DNA of 64,000 nucleotides from Sulfolobales archaeon HS-7 (lineage in GTDB: Archaea > Thermoproteota > Thermoprotei_A > Sulfolobales > Sulfolobaceae). The position numbers and the translations under genes were made by a program. This document shows positions 10,951 to 21,495 of the stretch, piece after piece. Under the pieces are notes generated by a model. That model was not told where the DNA came from. It did not search any database and was given only the letters and a program-made list of their open reading frames with translations. The first letter of the stretch is position 1, and each line of letters begins with the position of its first letter. Location: the NCBI GenBank assembly GCA_019704295.1, contig AP024596.1:1824001-1888000 (forward strand), given 5' to 3'.

Positions 10951-11844
10951 ATGTCTGAGAAGAGGCAAGAAACGGAATTTTATCAGCAAATAACCGAGTT
11001 AAGGGATAAAATCAATAACCTTATAGATGAGAGCAGAACACTTAAGGAAGAGAAAACTAAGTTAATTTCAGAGAAAGACGAAATTATAAAGAAAATAAGG
11101 GAACATAAAGAGAATATACGAAGCCAACTATCAGATTATCAGAAGAAGAAAGCAGAAATTTCGTCATTATTCGAGAAGAAGAAGGACCTTTTTAACACAC
11201 TACTTCAGTATCGCGAGAAAATAAAGAGTAACAGAGATGTAAAGGTAGAACAAAAAGACATTATTAATATAAAGAGAAGGATCAAGGAATTGGAGTGGAG
11301 AATTCAGACTTCGTCTTTATCAATGGAAGAAGAGAAGAAAATAATTAAAAAAATAGAACAGTTGGAGAAAGAGCTCAAGGAAAAAGAGAAGATTAGACAG
11401 GCCCAGAGAATACTTATAGAGGATAAGGCTGATTTTGTAGCTAAGAAGGTGGAATACAAAACCCTCTCCGATAACATAAAAAACATTAAAGAGGAAATGA
11501 GTAAGATAAGGCAGAGGATAGAACAGGAGAGAGAAAGTATTAAAAAATTAGTAGAGAAATTAAATCAGATAAAACAACGATTAGAGGAAATAAAGAGTAA
11601 AAGGGAGGAAATTGATAAAAGTATAGAAGAGTTAAAAAATCAACTAAACCAAAATTTCGCTAAAAGTAGGGAAAGGAAAGAACAGAGGAGAAACGAGGAA
11701 AAGAGTATTCAAGAGAGCAAAGAAAAAGAAATAATGGAAAGGAAAAAAAGAGAGATAGAAGAAAAAATGAAAAGAGGAAGCAGGCTCTCCTTTGAGGAGT
11801 TTTTAATATTGTATGGTAAAGATATAAATAGAGATGGAGAATAA
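10951..11844 (+). CDS. Archaeal coiled-coil protein (COG1340-like)
   Basis: E/K-rich heptads; LEWRIQTSSLSMEEEKKII and GSRLSFEEF motifs; sits upstream of DUF373 gene. Confidence 0.8.
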   Translation: MSEKRQETEFYQQITELRDKINNLIDESRTLKEEKTKLISEKDEIIKKIREHKENIRSQLSDYQKKKAEISSLFEKKKDLFNTLLQYREKIKSNRDVKVEQKDIINIKRRIKELEWRIQTSSLSMEEEKKIIKKIEQLEKELKEKEKIRQAQRILIEDKADFVAKKVEYKTLSDNIKNIKEEMSKIRQRIEQERESIKKLVEKLNQIKQRLEEIKSKREEIDKSIEELKNQLNQNFAKSRERKEQRRNEEKSIQESKEKEIMERKKREIEEKMKRGSRLSFEEFLILYGKDINRDGE

Positions 11845-12883
11845 GCTCTTAGTAATCTACGTAGATATTGACGACGATCTAGGCGCCTTTGGAATATCTA
11901 CGCCTGTAATAGGAAGCGAAAACGTAAAAAAAGTTATTGATGTGGCATCTAAAGTTATGCCAACGGATTCGGACTTCAATACAATGGTAGTAGCACTAAA
12001 CACATTTGACAAGCTAAAAGCTGAGGGAAGACAAGCCGAGATATGCATAATAGCAGGCTCAGAAAAGGGAGGTATTGAAGCGCAGCTCAGTTTCGGAGAG
12101 AAACTGGACGAGGTAATACGAAAGGTCTCACCTTCTGGTGCCATAGTTGTTTTTGACAGTCCGGAAGATGAAAAAGCGTTACCTATTATCCAATCAAGAC
12201 TTCCAATAGCGGGGATAGAAAAAGTAATTGTGGAGCAATCTAAAGGTGTGGAGGAAACGTATGCATTACTAGCTAGATATATAAAAAAGGCCCTAACGGA
12301 ACCCAGGTTCTCAAGGATCTTTCTAGGAGTCCCTGGTATAATTTTACTAGTTCTCTCACTAATGGAGTTGCTGGGTTTGTTACGATACGGTACAATAGTT
12401 GTTCTCTTTATAATAGGGATTGCAATGATTATTCGTGGCCTTAGCATAGATGATATATTCGAGAAATGGTGGGAAAATTCTCCAATAATGGTTACAAGCG
12501 CAATATTGGCTGGTATTGCAATAATAGTGACAATAGTGGAGGGCTTAACTATTGGCTACCAGCTCCACGTAGTTAACTCAGTGACGGTTGCTGCGTTTAC
12601 ATTAAATATCTTACCTTTAATTATGTTAACGTTAATAATTTTAATAGCAGGTAAAGCGATATCTAGATTCCTAGAGAAGAATGTTAAAATTTGGCATGAT
12701 GTGTTACAAATAGCCACTATAATAGTTGGGTATTACGTCATTGCCGAAGTTTTAAGACAAGTGGAACTTCAGACGACAATTTTAACATATCAGGTAATAT
12801 TCACTTTAGTAATTTCGTCTATTCTAATTTCTTCAATATACGGCGTTCTATCAAGAGTTGAAAAAAGAATTTCGAAGGTATGA
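11834..12883 (+). CDS. DUF373 family membrane protein
   Basis: VDIDDDLG..TPVIG, DSDFN, VEQSKGVE motifs plus C-terminal transmembrane segments. Confidence 0.85.
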   Translation: MENKLLVIYVDIDDDLGAFGISTPVIGSENVKKVIDVASKVMPTDSDFNTMVVALNTFDKLKAEGRQAEICIIAGSEKGGIEAQLSFGEKLDEVIRKVSPSGAIVVFDSPEDEKALPIIQSRLPIAGIEKVIVEQSKGVEETYALLARYIKKALTEPRFSRIFLGVPGIILLVLSLMELLGLLRYGTIVVLFIIGIAMIIRGLSIDDIFEKWWENSPIMVTSAILAGIAIIVTIVEGLTIGYQLHVVNSVTVAAFTLNILPLIMLTLIILIAGKAISRFLEKNVKIWHDVLQIATIIVGYYVIAEVLRQVELQTTILTYQVIFTLVISSILISSIYGVLSRVEKRISKV

Positions 12884-12884
12884 A

Positions 12885-13005
12885 AAGCTCTTCTTAGTTT
12901 CAGAGTAGTCCTATATATTCCGCGAATAGTAATGGAGCATTTTTAAGTCAGAGAAGATCATCATAACAAGTGTAGACAAATAATTACGTAAAATTCAGAA
13001 AGTAA
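12885..13005 (-). repeat. Family A repeat, reverse copy
   Basis: Aligns with the reverse complement of 46970-47091; shares TCATCATAACAA with 52641-52759; ends TTACGTAAAATTCAGAAAGT. Confidence 0.65.
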
Positions 13006-13307
13006 TATACTTACACATCATGTCTCCTGATTTTTATGCGTAATATTTTCTCTGGGGTAATCGCAACAGTCCCCAAGTTAGGGAAATTAGGATTTAGTTT
13101 TACATAATTTAAATATTTATATTATAAAAATACTTTCTAACCTAAATTAGACTATATGGTATGAATATTCTAGACAGATGAATTATTTTATCGGGATCCA
13201 AATAATTAGTATTGAAAAAGAATAAGCCAAGGAATATAGCCATCGTAACACTCAGTCTCCGTATATATAAACGATATTGTGTGGACTATGAAAACTAGTG
13301 CTAACTA

Positions 13308-16300
13308 ATGATCTCTATAACTTACCAATCGGGTTGCCCTAACTGCGGCGGTCCTATTACTGGGTATAGAAGCTATAACGGCCTTCCATGTGAGAAGTGT
13401 CTTCCACTTTCGCCAAACGCCTTACCTGAACAAAGTAGAACTAAGGCGATATACGATCTTCTGGTTGAGTTTGGCAATCTGAAAGGTTTTTGGCGAATAA
13501 ACGACATAGAAGAAAGTGTAGATACCATAAATAAATTTTTCGTTCAAATAACAGGTCATAAACCCTGGGGTTTGCAAACCTATTGGTTAAAAAGGTACAT
13601 ACAGGAGGAGAGCTTCTCAATGTCCGCACCTACAGGACTAGGGAAGTCAACAACCATCATGGTTATTACAGCCCATCTAGCTTTGCAAGGAAAGAGTGTC
13701 TATTACATAACGCCGACCAAGTCCCTAGCTGAACAAACGTGTGATAAGTTAAAATCAATGAAGTTAGACTACGCATGTAACGCTATTGATAACTCTTCAG
13801 TGATAGTTTCCACATATCAAATGTTGAATAGAAATTTCGATAAGTTAGAAAACAGAAAATTCGATCTTGTTGCCGTAGATGATGCAGATGCCATAATAAG
13901 AAGTGGTAAAACCGCAGAGAGGGTAGTGAAACTACTCGGAATACCTAATGAACTTTTTGAAAACGCAGTCAAGTTAGTTAAATTGAAGCGCCTTCTTTCA
14001 TTTTACAAGGTTATGAAACCAGATGATGTTGATGCTCTTCAGCAGAAAATTGATGAATTAGTAGTTACCATTGCTAAAAATAAAGTTGATATATCACAAC
14101 TAATTATTGCAAGCGCTACCGCTAGACCCAAAGGAATAAAGCAAGAGGCGCTTAAATACCTTCTTGGATTTGAAGCGTCAACAATCCAATTTTACATGAG
14201 AAATATTGTTGACGCTTTTACAAAAATTGACTTGGAAAGCGTTATATCCAAAATCGGACGAGGGGGACTTATTTTAGTCTCGAAGGATAAAGGGAAAACT
14301 CTACTTAAACAATTAAGAGAAAGAGTGGAAAGTTTAGGATATAAGGCTGACTTAGCCGTTAGTGGTAAGAAATTCATGGACAAATTCTCTAGGGGAGAGA
14401 CTGACATGTTAATAGGGACTGCTTCATACTATGGGGTCGCCGTCAGGGGTCTTGATGAACCCTACAGACTTAGGTATGTGGTATTTTATGGTGTTCCTAA
14501 GAATAGAATTAAACTTATAGACGCAGTTAAAAATCCCTTAAACTCAATAAAAATCGGAAGGGTTTTAGGATTTAAGACCGACCAATGGGAAAATCAAGTA
14601 TTATCTCTATCGCCTCAGGAAATGCAAATTATTAAAATTGCCAATATTAGAGGAGAAAAACTGTCCGGAAAATTAGGTGAGATCCAGGAAAGGTCCAACA
14701 ACCTAGCTGAGCAGATCCTTGACTACGTTAAAGATTTAAATCGCAGAATTGTCGGAGATTCCTTCATTATCTACAAGGAAAATGGAGTTTTCCTAGCTTA
14801 TCCAGATATGATGACATACATACAAGGTTCTGGTAGATCAAGCAGGCTTTTCAACGGAGGATTAACTAAGGGGTTAGCGATAACAATAATTGATGACGAC
14901 GAACTATATAAAATATTAAGGAAGCGATTAGAATATTTAATCGACGCTTTCACTCCAGTGCAATTCGAAGAAGTTAATTTACCACCGTTATTGGAGGAAA
15001 TGGAAAAGACTCGTATCGATGGAGGTAAGAAATTTGATATAAAAACATCACTATTGATAGTAGAATCCCCTACAAAAGCTAAAACGATTGCTAAGATGTT
15101 TGGCTATCCCGTGAAAAGAATGTTCTCTCCTACAGTAATGGGCTATGAAACGATCATTACTGACGAAAGTACCATGACTTCTAGATTAGTTACTGTTATC
15201 GCTACGCGGGGGCATTTATTCGATCTGACACTTGACAACATAGGTGAGTTTGGCATAGAGATCGAGGGTGAAGAAATAAAACCTCATTACAGTCCCCTTA
15301 ACAGATGCAAAAGTTGTGGTAGAATTTTATCTACAAATCAGGAGAAGTGTCCATATTGTAACGTTGAACTAATACCTCATTCTACTCCTATTATAGATGC
15401 AATACGTAAAGTTTCTCTCGAAGTAGATGAGGTATTAATAGCTACGGATCCTGACGTCGAAGGGGAAAAAATTGCTTACGATGTAGCATCTATGGTGATA
15501 CCGTATAATAAAAATGTGAAAAGAGTAAAATACCACGCAGTTACTAAAGATGAAATTCTAACTGCCATTAGAAATGCAGGGTCAATTAGTATCCCTTTAG
15601 TGGAAAGCGAAGTTATAAGGAGAATTGAGGACAGATGGATTGGCTTCTATCTCAGTTCTATGTTAAAAGCTCACTTTTCATCGCAAAATCATGGAGCAGG
15701 AAGAGTCCAGACACCTGTCCTAGGATGGATAACGGATTACACTAAGGAGTATAAATCCCACCTAGGATGGATTGCCGTCCTGAAAGTTGACGATCTGAGA
15801 GTAGAGAAATTCTTTAGAAGTAAAAAAGAGGCTGAAAAATATATCAATGAAATATCCGAGATTTCCATTAGCAAAATAAATGAAAAAGTAGAAGTTTTCT
15901 CCGCGCCTTCTCCGTTTACAACAGACCAGCTACTCATGGAGGCTTCGGTGCGTTACCGCTTCTCTCCTGAGCTTGTAATGAGTGTGCTACAGAATTTATT
16001 CGAGATTGGTGTAATTACATATCACAGAACCGATAGTACGTATGTCTCCCCTACTGGAATCGGTATAGCCAAAACCTACCTTTATCAAAAGGGTTTAGGA
16101 AATTTCTATTCCGGTAGAAGTTGGGGTCATAGCGGAACACATGAGGCAATAAGGCCAACGAAATCTATGGATGTAGAAGAGCTCAAAAACGAGATAAGAT
16201 CTAACCCCTACAGGTATTCAATAAAGTTCAGTGAAATTCACTTTAAAATTTATGATTTAATATTCAGGAGATTCCTGGCATCACAAATGACTGACGCCTT

Positions 16301-16793
16301 ATTAAGTATAACTAAATATGAGATAGATGTCGGAAACGAAAGATTCGTACAAGAACTGCCAACAAAAATGTCAGGAGGATTTTCCGCTCTGTATCAATTA
16401 AAACTCTATAATGTAAGCGAAGGTAAGTTTAGACCAGAAAAGGTATTAAGAAGAGGTTCGACCTTCAAGCTACCGAATTATGCTGATGTCATCCACATGA
16501 TGAAGAATAAGAACATAGGGAGACCCAGCACTTATTCTAAAACTCTTCAACAATTGAAAAGACACGGATACGTTATCGAAAGCAAGAAAAATAAGATGCT
16601 TGTAGCCACTAGGAGAGGTATGAATGTGTACACCTACCTAACCGAAAAGTTCCCTGATATGATTTCGGAAACTAGAACGGCATATCTATTGAAACAGATG
16701 GACTTGGTAGCGCAAGGACAGCTCTCTCCTGATGTAGTAGTAGGAGAGTTAAGAAGTGATATTAGGAGAAGCATTTCTAGTATTTCTTCCTAA
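13308..16793 (+). CDS. rgy: Reverse gyrase (TopR2-like by alba/Lhr context)
   Basis: N-terminal Zn finger, APTGLGKS, DDAD, QGSGRSSR, TOPRIM VESPTKA, catalytic ITYHRTDS. Confidence 0.97.
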   Translation: MISITYQSGCPNCGGPITGYRSYNGLPCEKCLPLSPNALPEQSRTKAIYDLLVEFGNLKGFWRINDIEESVDTINKFFVQITGHKPWGLQTYWLKRYIQEESFSMSAPTGLGKSTTIMVITAHLALQGKSVYYITPTKSLAEQTCDKLKSMKLDYACNAIDNSSVIVSTYQMLNRNFDKLENRKFDLVAVDDADAIIRSGKTAERVVKLLGIPNELFENAVKLVKLKRLLSFYKVMKPDDVDALQQKIDELVVTIAKNKVDISQLIIASATARPKGIKQEALKYLLGFEASTIQFYMRNIVDAFTKIDLESVISKIGRGGLILVSKDKGKTLLKQLRERVESLGYKADLAVSGKKFMDKFSRGETDMLIGTASYYGVAVRGLDEPYRLRYVVFYGVPKNRIKLIDAVKNPLNSIKIGRVLGFKTDQWENQVLSLSPQEMQIIKIANIRGEKLSGKLGEIQERSNNLAEQILDYVKDLNRRIVGDSFIIYKENGVFLAYPDMMTYIQGSGRSSRLFNGGLTKGLAITIIDDDELYKILRKRLEYLIDAFTPVQFEEVNLPPLLEEMEKTRIDGGKKFDIKTSLLIVESPTKAKTIAKMFGYPVKRMFSPTVMGYETIITDESTMTSRLVTVIATRGHLFDLTLDNIGEFGIEIEGEEIKPHYSPLNRCKSCGRILSTNQEKCPYCNVELIPHSTPIIDAIRKVSLEVDEVLIATDPDVEGEKIAYDVASMVIPYNKNVKRVKYHAVTKDEILTAIRNAGSISIPLVESEVIRRIEDRWIGFYLSSMLKAHFSSQNHGAGRVQTPVLGWITDYTKEYKSHLGWIAVLKVDDLRVEKFFRSKKEAEKYINEISEISISKINEKVEVFSAPSPFTTDQLLMEASVRYRFSPELVMSVLQNLFEIGVITYHRTDSTYVSPTGIGIAKTYLYQKGLGNFYSGRSWGHSGTHEAIRPTKSMDVEELKNEIRSNPYRYSIKFSEIHFKIYDLIFRRFLASQMTDALLSITKYEIDVGNERFVQELPTKMSGGFSALYQLKLYNVSEGKFRPEKVLRRGSTFKLPNYADVIHMMKNKNIGRPSTYSKTLQQLKRHGYVIESKKNKMLVATRRGMNVYTYLTEKFPDMISETRTAYLLKQMDLVAQGQLSPDVVVGELRSDIRRSISSISS

Positions 16794-17058
16794 TCAATAC
16801 CTCAATATATGAGACAGGGCGAGGATGAATTTCCCCTTTTTTAACTGTTCCCGTAGATATCGTTTCAACGATAATGCCCTCACCTAATCTATCCTTAAGT
16901 ACATTCACAAGATCTATGGTCTTAGAGATCTCATCCCCAAATCCCCTTAGCAAAATTGACTCAACCCCTGTATTGAACTTTAGAATTACATCTAAAGCCT
17001 GTTCGTTCACTTTTTTATTTCTTGAAACTTGATAGATTTCGTAGTTACTCTTTGACAT
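16777..17058 (-). CDS. albA2: Alba 2 paralogue
   Basis: LRGFGDEISKTIDL and VSYIEV match the Alba fold. Confidence 0.8.
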   Translation of the reverse strand: MSKSNYEIYQVSRNKKVNEQALDVILKFNTGVESILLRGFGDEISKTIDLVNVLKDRLGEGIIVETISTGTVKKGEIHPRPVSYIEVLIRKKY

Positions 17059-17255
17059 ACCTCATATTTCATTTGAACCATTTTAAAAATCTGAATCAGA
17101 AACACGAGCCCATTTCATCTATCAACTTAAGGGCTTTCATCATCTTTGTTATCCTAGTAAATGAAATGCGTTTTCTTAGCTCCCCAGTACGTTATTAAGA
17201 TATCTCATACTCTTTAGACTTACTCTTACATTTAAGGATTTTTGATTCAAATCCG

Positions 17256-17348
17256 CAATATCGAAGATGTTGGTAGTTCAATGACGTTCTTGTTCATTAG
17301 GATAACATAAAACCATAAGAATAAGATAAAAATCTACTGGAAATACCA
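17256..17348. repeat. Family C repeat, copy 1 (shared with 44852-44959)
   Basis: TTGTTCATT...TAAAACC...ATAAGATAAAA...TACTG.AAATAC shared. Confidence 0.6.
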
Positions 17349-17679
17349 GTCTTCTCAGGTTTCCCAGGGGGCTTTGTTGTGGAAGCAGTACATGTTTTGC
17401 CTCTAACACAGCCATGGGAACAGTGAGTCCAGAACTTTTCCCGCATTAACGTCGTATTCCTTGACGCTTTTTAGCTTGGGCACCTTCGACCCCCTAAGCC
17501 AAACCATTGCAGGCACTTGCTATCCTCGTCCCTAATGGTATGCGTTTCCTCCTTAGAAGGGTGTGATTAGGCTGCTTTAACTGAGTTCTCCTTATCGCTA
17601 AATTTATGTTAGGGAATTCATTTCGATAAAGATATTCACTCATACGACTTTCGAACCCCAATCTTTGTAAAATAGCCTG

Positions 17680-20466
17680 TTAATACCTGACGTATTGAAT
17701 GACTGTTATTAGATTCAGAATTAAATGCGGTAAATCTTCCTTACGTACAAAGTAATATCTAGGAACTACAGAGGGGATTAATGCCTCGGAATGCGTTTTA
17801 ACCTTAAGTTCGGTTATCTCTTGATAAGCGATTTTCTTTAGTACTTCACCTGATGAATTCAAAAGATCTTCTGCCCTTACTATGAGTTCTGCAAATGACG
17901 ACTCATCGTCTCCCCGTAACATTATATGAAACGGTTCCTTAGTATCTAACGGGGAAAAGGAGGATAGGTATTCGTCGGAATCTACTATTCTGTGAAATTC
18001 GCGTGCTAGACACCACCTAGTTTCTAAAGTATCTATGTCAATGAAACTTACGGTCCTACTCGAGTTGCTTGATTTCCTTAGCCTTTTAAGTTTGTTTTCA
18101 ATCAGCTTCTGTGGTAGACTTAGGATCTCGCTTAATTCCTTAACGGTATATGCTCCACCACTAAGAGTAGAAATAATTGCGTAAGTGGTGTCATGTAACC
18201 AGGGTCTTATTGTTGAATGGGAGAGAACAGCTAACCCTAGTGGCGTAAGCTCATTACTGGTTACAAGCTTTATCCTTCCTCTTCGTATCTCTTTCAGGTA
18301 TTTAACGGTACCGCGTATGGAAAAATACCTAGATATAGTCTGTCTCATAGCCTCCCTGAGGAGAATGGAGTCGCTTTTCTCGAGCTTTCCGATTTTTCCG
18401 AAACTTCTTTCAAGTTCTTTTAATGTAGCGTAGAATAACGAGGAATGCATGACTGCTTTCATTACGATTTTCTTAATCTCTCTCTCATTCTTACTCGCGA
18501 GTTTTATTAAAGCATTAGCATCTAATCCCTTTATCGCAAATCCATAGATCGATGCTCGTGCGTAGGAGTTCAGTGACGTAGTTGACGCTAGGCTAAGAAG
18601 AGTATATGCTATAGTATTCGAAATCTTCTCTGATAAGAGAGAACTAAAAATCGTTTCGTTATTATACTTCTCTATGTAAATCACTCTACTTGAGGGAGCC
18701 GGTAATCCCTTTTCTTCATAGAAACTCAAGACGCTTTCGATCTTGTTTAAACTCGACTCGTCACTAATTAGTGTCTTCAAAATTCCTAGGTTTGATAGTA
18801 GTTTGTCAATAGCATGAACAAGAAGAGGAGATTTTGCGATATTTTCCCCTCTCCATATAGGCACCTCTCCTTTCCTCCCGATATCAGGAACAACTTCTAC
18901 CGTTAGATTCATCGGGTTAATCCTAACAACTCTCCATAGTTTTCCGCTTATTCGTATTACGTCATTTACTCTAATATGCCTATAAACGTAAACAGAATCA
19001 ATATCTCCTACTACTGTGTCCTTGTATCTCACAGTGAAAGTCTCCCCAGAGTTTATAAAGGAGAAAAATTCCGAAAAATCGTGAGACCATGGAGTCCTCC
19101 CTTTTCCAAAACGCCACTGACGGAAGAAAAAAGGCCCTATTTTAATTCTGTCATTAACAACATTTAATAGCTTATTCTTCGAGAGATATTCTAAAAGTTC
19201 CCAGAAAGTATCTCTAGAGAGCGACGTAAAAGGATAGGCATTATGTAACACTGTATAAATCACGTCGGCTGAAATGTCCTTATACTGTAAGGCCATACCT
19301 AAAGTTTCCCTGGCTGCCACGTCCAATGGATTTTTTGCAATTTTGATTTGTTCTATGTTTCCCGTTCTTGCAAGGTAAAGAAGTGCAGTAGCTTCTAACA
19401 CATCAGAGTCGTAAAGGCAAATGATCTCTCCGTATGCCTTCTCTTCCATACTATGACCACTTCTGCCTAAACGTTGCAAGAACGAAGCAACTGTAGGTGG
19501 AGGCCTGAAGAGAATTACCTTCTTGATATCACCTATGTGAATCCCTAGTTCTAACGTTTTAGTACAAATAACAGCAAGCGCCTTACCACACCTAAGATTT
19601 TCCTCAACGTCCTTTTTCAACTCCCTTGAAACCGAGGAATGGTGTACATAAATATTTCCCTTAGATACCTTCTCTAATGCCTCATGAAGTCTTTCAGTCG
19701 AAAACCTAGAATTCGTAAAGATGAGAGTAGTGCTCTCGACCAAGTTGGATACATATTCTGCTATTCTAGACCAATCGTTATCTTGAGGTATCTTCCTTAT
19801 ATTACACTCAAATTTTTTCGAAACTGAACTAGATATTACCTTTTTACTTCTCAGCGAAGAACCGGATAAAAAGTCAAGTATCTCCCCCGAGTTTCTCACC
19901 GTTGCTGAAAGGCCTATTCGTTGGAAATCGTAACCCGTTAGAAGTTTCAATCTCTCAAGTAACACAGCTAGTTGGGCGCCTCTTTTAGTATTAGCCAGTT
20001 CATGAACCTCATCAATGATCACCCATTTTATGCCCCTCAGATTTTCTCTAAATTTAGGTGCCCAGTCCAGGTCGATTTCAAGTCCTTCTGGCGTTGTAAT
20101 AAAAATATCAGGTATTTTTCTAAGTCGTTCTAGTTTTTCCCGTGCAGGAACTTCCCCATGTTTTCTACCTACATACAAACCCAGTTTCGACGACCACCAC
20201 TCTATTCTATTTTGCAAGTCGTTTATGAGCGCCTTTAGGGGAGTGATATATAGTAATGAGACCGGCTTCGTATACTGGCTCAATAAGGTATTAAATATTG
20301 GTAAAATTGCGGCTTCGGTTTTGCCAAAACCTGTAGGAGCTACAAGAAGTACGTTGTCTCCAGCTGATATCGCATTAAACGATGATATCTGAAATTCTGA
20401 AAGACCTTTCCATCCCCGTAGATTTATTAACGCTGCTATTCTATCGTTAACTGCAAACTCCTTCAT
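17680..20466 (-). CDS. lhr: Lhr-like SF2 DEAD/DEAH helicase
   Basis: APTGFGKT, DEVH, SAT, QRLGRSGH; LELGIHIG; 928 aa. Confidence 0.9.
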   Translation of the reverse strand: MKEFAVNDRIAALINLRGWKGLSEFQISSFNAISAGDNVLLVAPTGFGKTEAAILPIFNTLLSQYTKPVSLLYITPLKALINDLQNRIEWWSSKLGLYVGRKHGEVPAREKLERLRKIPDIFITTPEGLEIDLDWAPKFRENLRGIKWVIIDEVHELANTKRGAQLAVLLERLKLLTGYDFQRIGLSATVRNSGEILDFLSGSSLRSKKVISSSVSKKFECNIRKIPQDNDWSRIAEYVSNLVESTTLIFTNSRFSTERLHEALEKVSKGNIYVHHSSVSRELKKDVEENLRCGKALAVICTKTLELGIHIGDIKKVILFRPPPTVASFLQRLGRSGHSMEEKAYGEIICLYDSDVLEATALLYLARTGNIEQIKIAKNPLDVAARETLGMALQYKDISADVIYTVLHNAYPFTSLSRDTFWELLEYLSKNKLLNVVNDRIKIGPFFFRQWRFGKGRTPWSHDFSEFFSFINSGETFTVRYKDTVVGDIDSVYVYRHIRVNDVIRISGKLWRVVRINPMNLTVEVVPDIGRKGEVPIWRGENIAKSPLLVHAIDKLLSNLGILKTLISDESSLNKIESVLSFYEEKGLPAPSSRVIYIEKYNNETIFSSLLSEKISNTIAYTLLSLASTTSLNSYARASIYGFAIKGLDANALIKLASKNEREIKKIVMKAVMHSSLFYATLKELERSFGKIGKLEKSDSILLREAMRQTISRYFSIRGTVKYLKEIRRGRIKLVTSNELTPLGLAVLSHSTIRPWLHDTTYAIISTLSGGAYTVKELSEILSLPQKLIENKLKRLRKSSNSSRTVSFIDIDTLETRWCLAREFHRIVDSDEYLSSFSPLDTKEPFHIMLRGDDESSFAELIVRAEDLLNSSGEVLKKIAYQEITELKVKTHSEALIPSVVPRYYFVRKEDLPHLILNLITVIQYVRY

Positions 20467-20547
20467 CTACTCACCAGATAATACTACTCCGTTAATTGAC
20501 AGGCGGAATAGTTTTTTACTCTAAACTTTTAAAGTCTTCTATACATC

Positions 20548-20787
20548 ATGACGTCAAAAATGAGATGCATGACATGTGGTAGATTTTTCCCCGAGGGTCA
20601 AGGAGTATCGTTAAAGATAGGCGACGACTCCCTCCTATTTCATAGCAATTCCTGTGCCTTCAAGTTCGTGAGAGAAGTTTTATTAGAGGTAGATAGGGAA
20701 TGTATTACGGGACCTCTGGAAGATACTAAGAAACGTTTTAACGAGAAAATAAAGCTTTTAGATGAGAAAAAACAAAAAAAGATATAA
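20548..20787 (+). CDS. Small TRASH-like metal-binding protein
   Basis: CMTCGR...FHSNSC pattern. Confidence 0.7.
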   Translation: MTSKMRCMTCGRFFPEGQGVSLKIGDDSLLFHSNSCAFKFVREVLLEVDRECITGPLEDTKKRFNEKIKLLDEKKQKKI

Positions 20788-21025
20788 GTATATATTTATA
20801 TAATATAAAATTATTAAAGATATATATAACAGTCATATTGTTAGTCTTTATGAAGGTATACCAATTCCCGCTTAGACGTTTTACAGCACTTGTCCTGAAG
20901 GCTTACCTTGAATATTATTCTTCTATGCATGGAGAGTGATCTAACATTATTACGTATTCCCTTTTACGTAAGTCGTGCCGTCCCAATTAACGCAGAATTA
21001 ACTTTATTACTTTGATTACTATCGC

Positions 21026-21079
21026 CCTCAGAAGGTTTTTCTCATCATATCATGTCAGAGTCCGCTACATTCAGCATTA
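21026..21079 (-). ncRNA. Candidate box C/D sRNA
   Basis: C ATGCTGA, D' CTGA, C' ATGATGA, D CTGA with 12- and 10-nt guides; TTTAAA box about 24 nt upstream. Confidence 0.55.
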
Positions 21080-21104
21080 AAACTTAATGTTCCCAGATCT
21101 TTTT

Positions 21105-21416
21105 AAAGAGTTTGCGACTTTCCTGATTTCGACCGAGCGAACTCACCCTTTTTGGTTGAAGAGGGTTTCCGCTTCACACCTCTACCTTGCCCGGAGGGCT
21201 CTACACGCTCTGAGGGTTGCACCCCGAAGTGAGCGTTAGTGTCCCACATAGGACTGTAATTGGAGCAGAGGTATACCACATCAACCCTCGCTTAAGCGTT
21301 ACGGTGACGCTTCCTCCGTCGATGACTGTCATTGATGTATTGACTGCGAACTGAAACTCGAACTTAATACAAAGGGGCTACCCATCCCTGTGGGTCTTCC
21401 GCCCCCTTTGAACCCA
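21105..21416 (-). mobile_element. ~310-bp non-autonomous IS200/IS605-type element (SMN-like MITE), copy 1
   Basis: GC-rich island, no terminal inverted repeats, subterminal GC-rich hairpin potential, colinear homology to 46310-46640; family assignment is from recollection. Confidence 0.6.
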
Positions 21417-21495
21417 TATAGATAAATCCACATTCTTCGGGCTTTCTTTAGACTTAATATACAGAAAAACGTCGCTGCCTCAGTGAAAAGAACTT

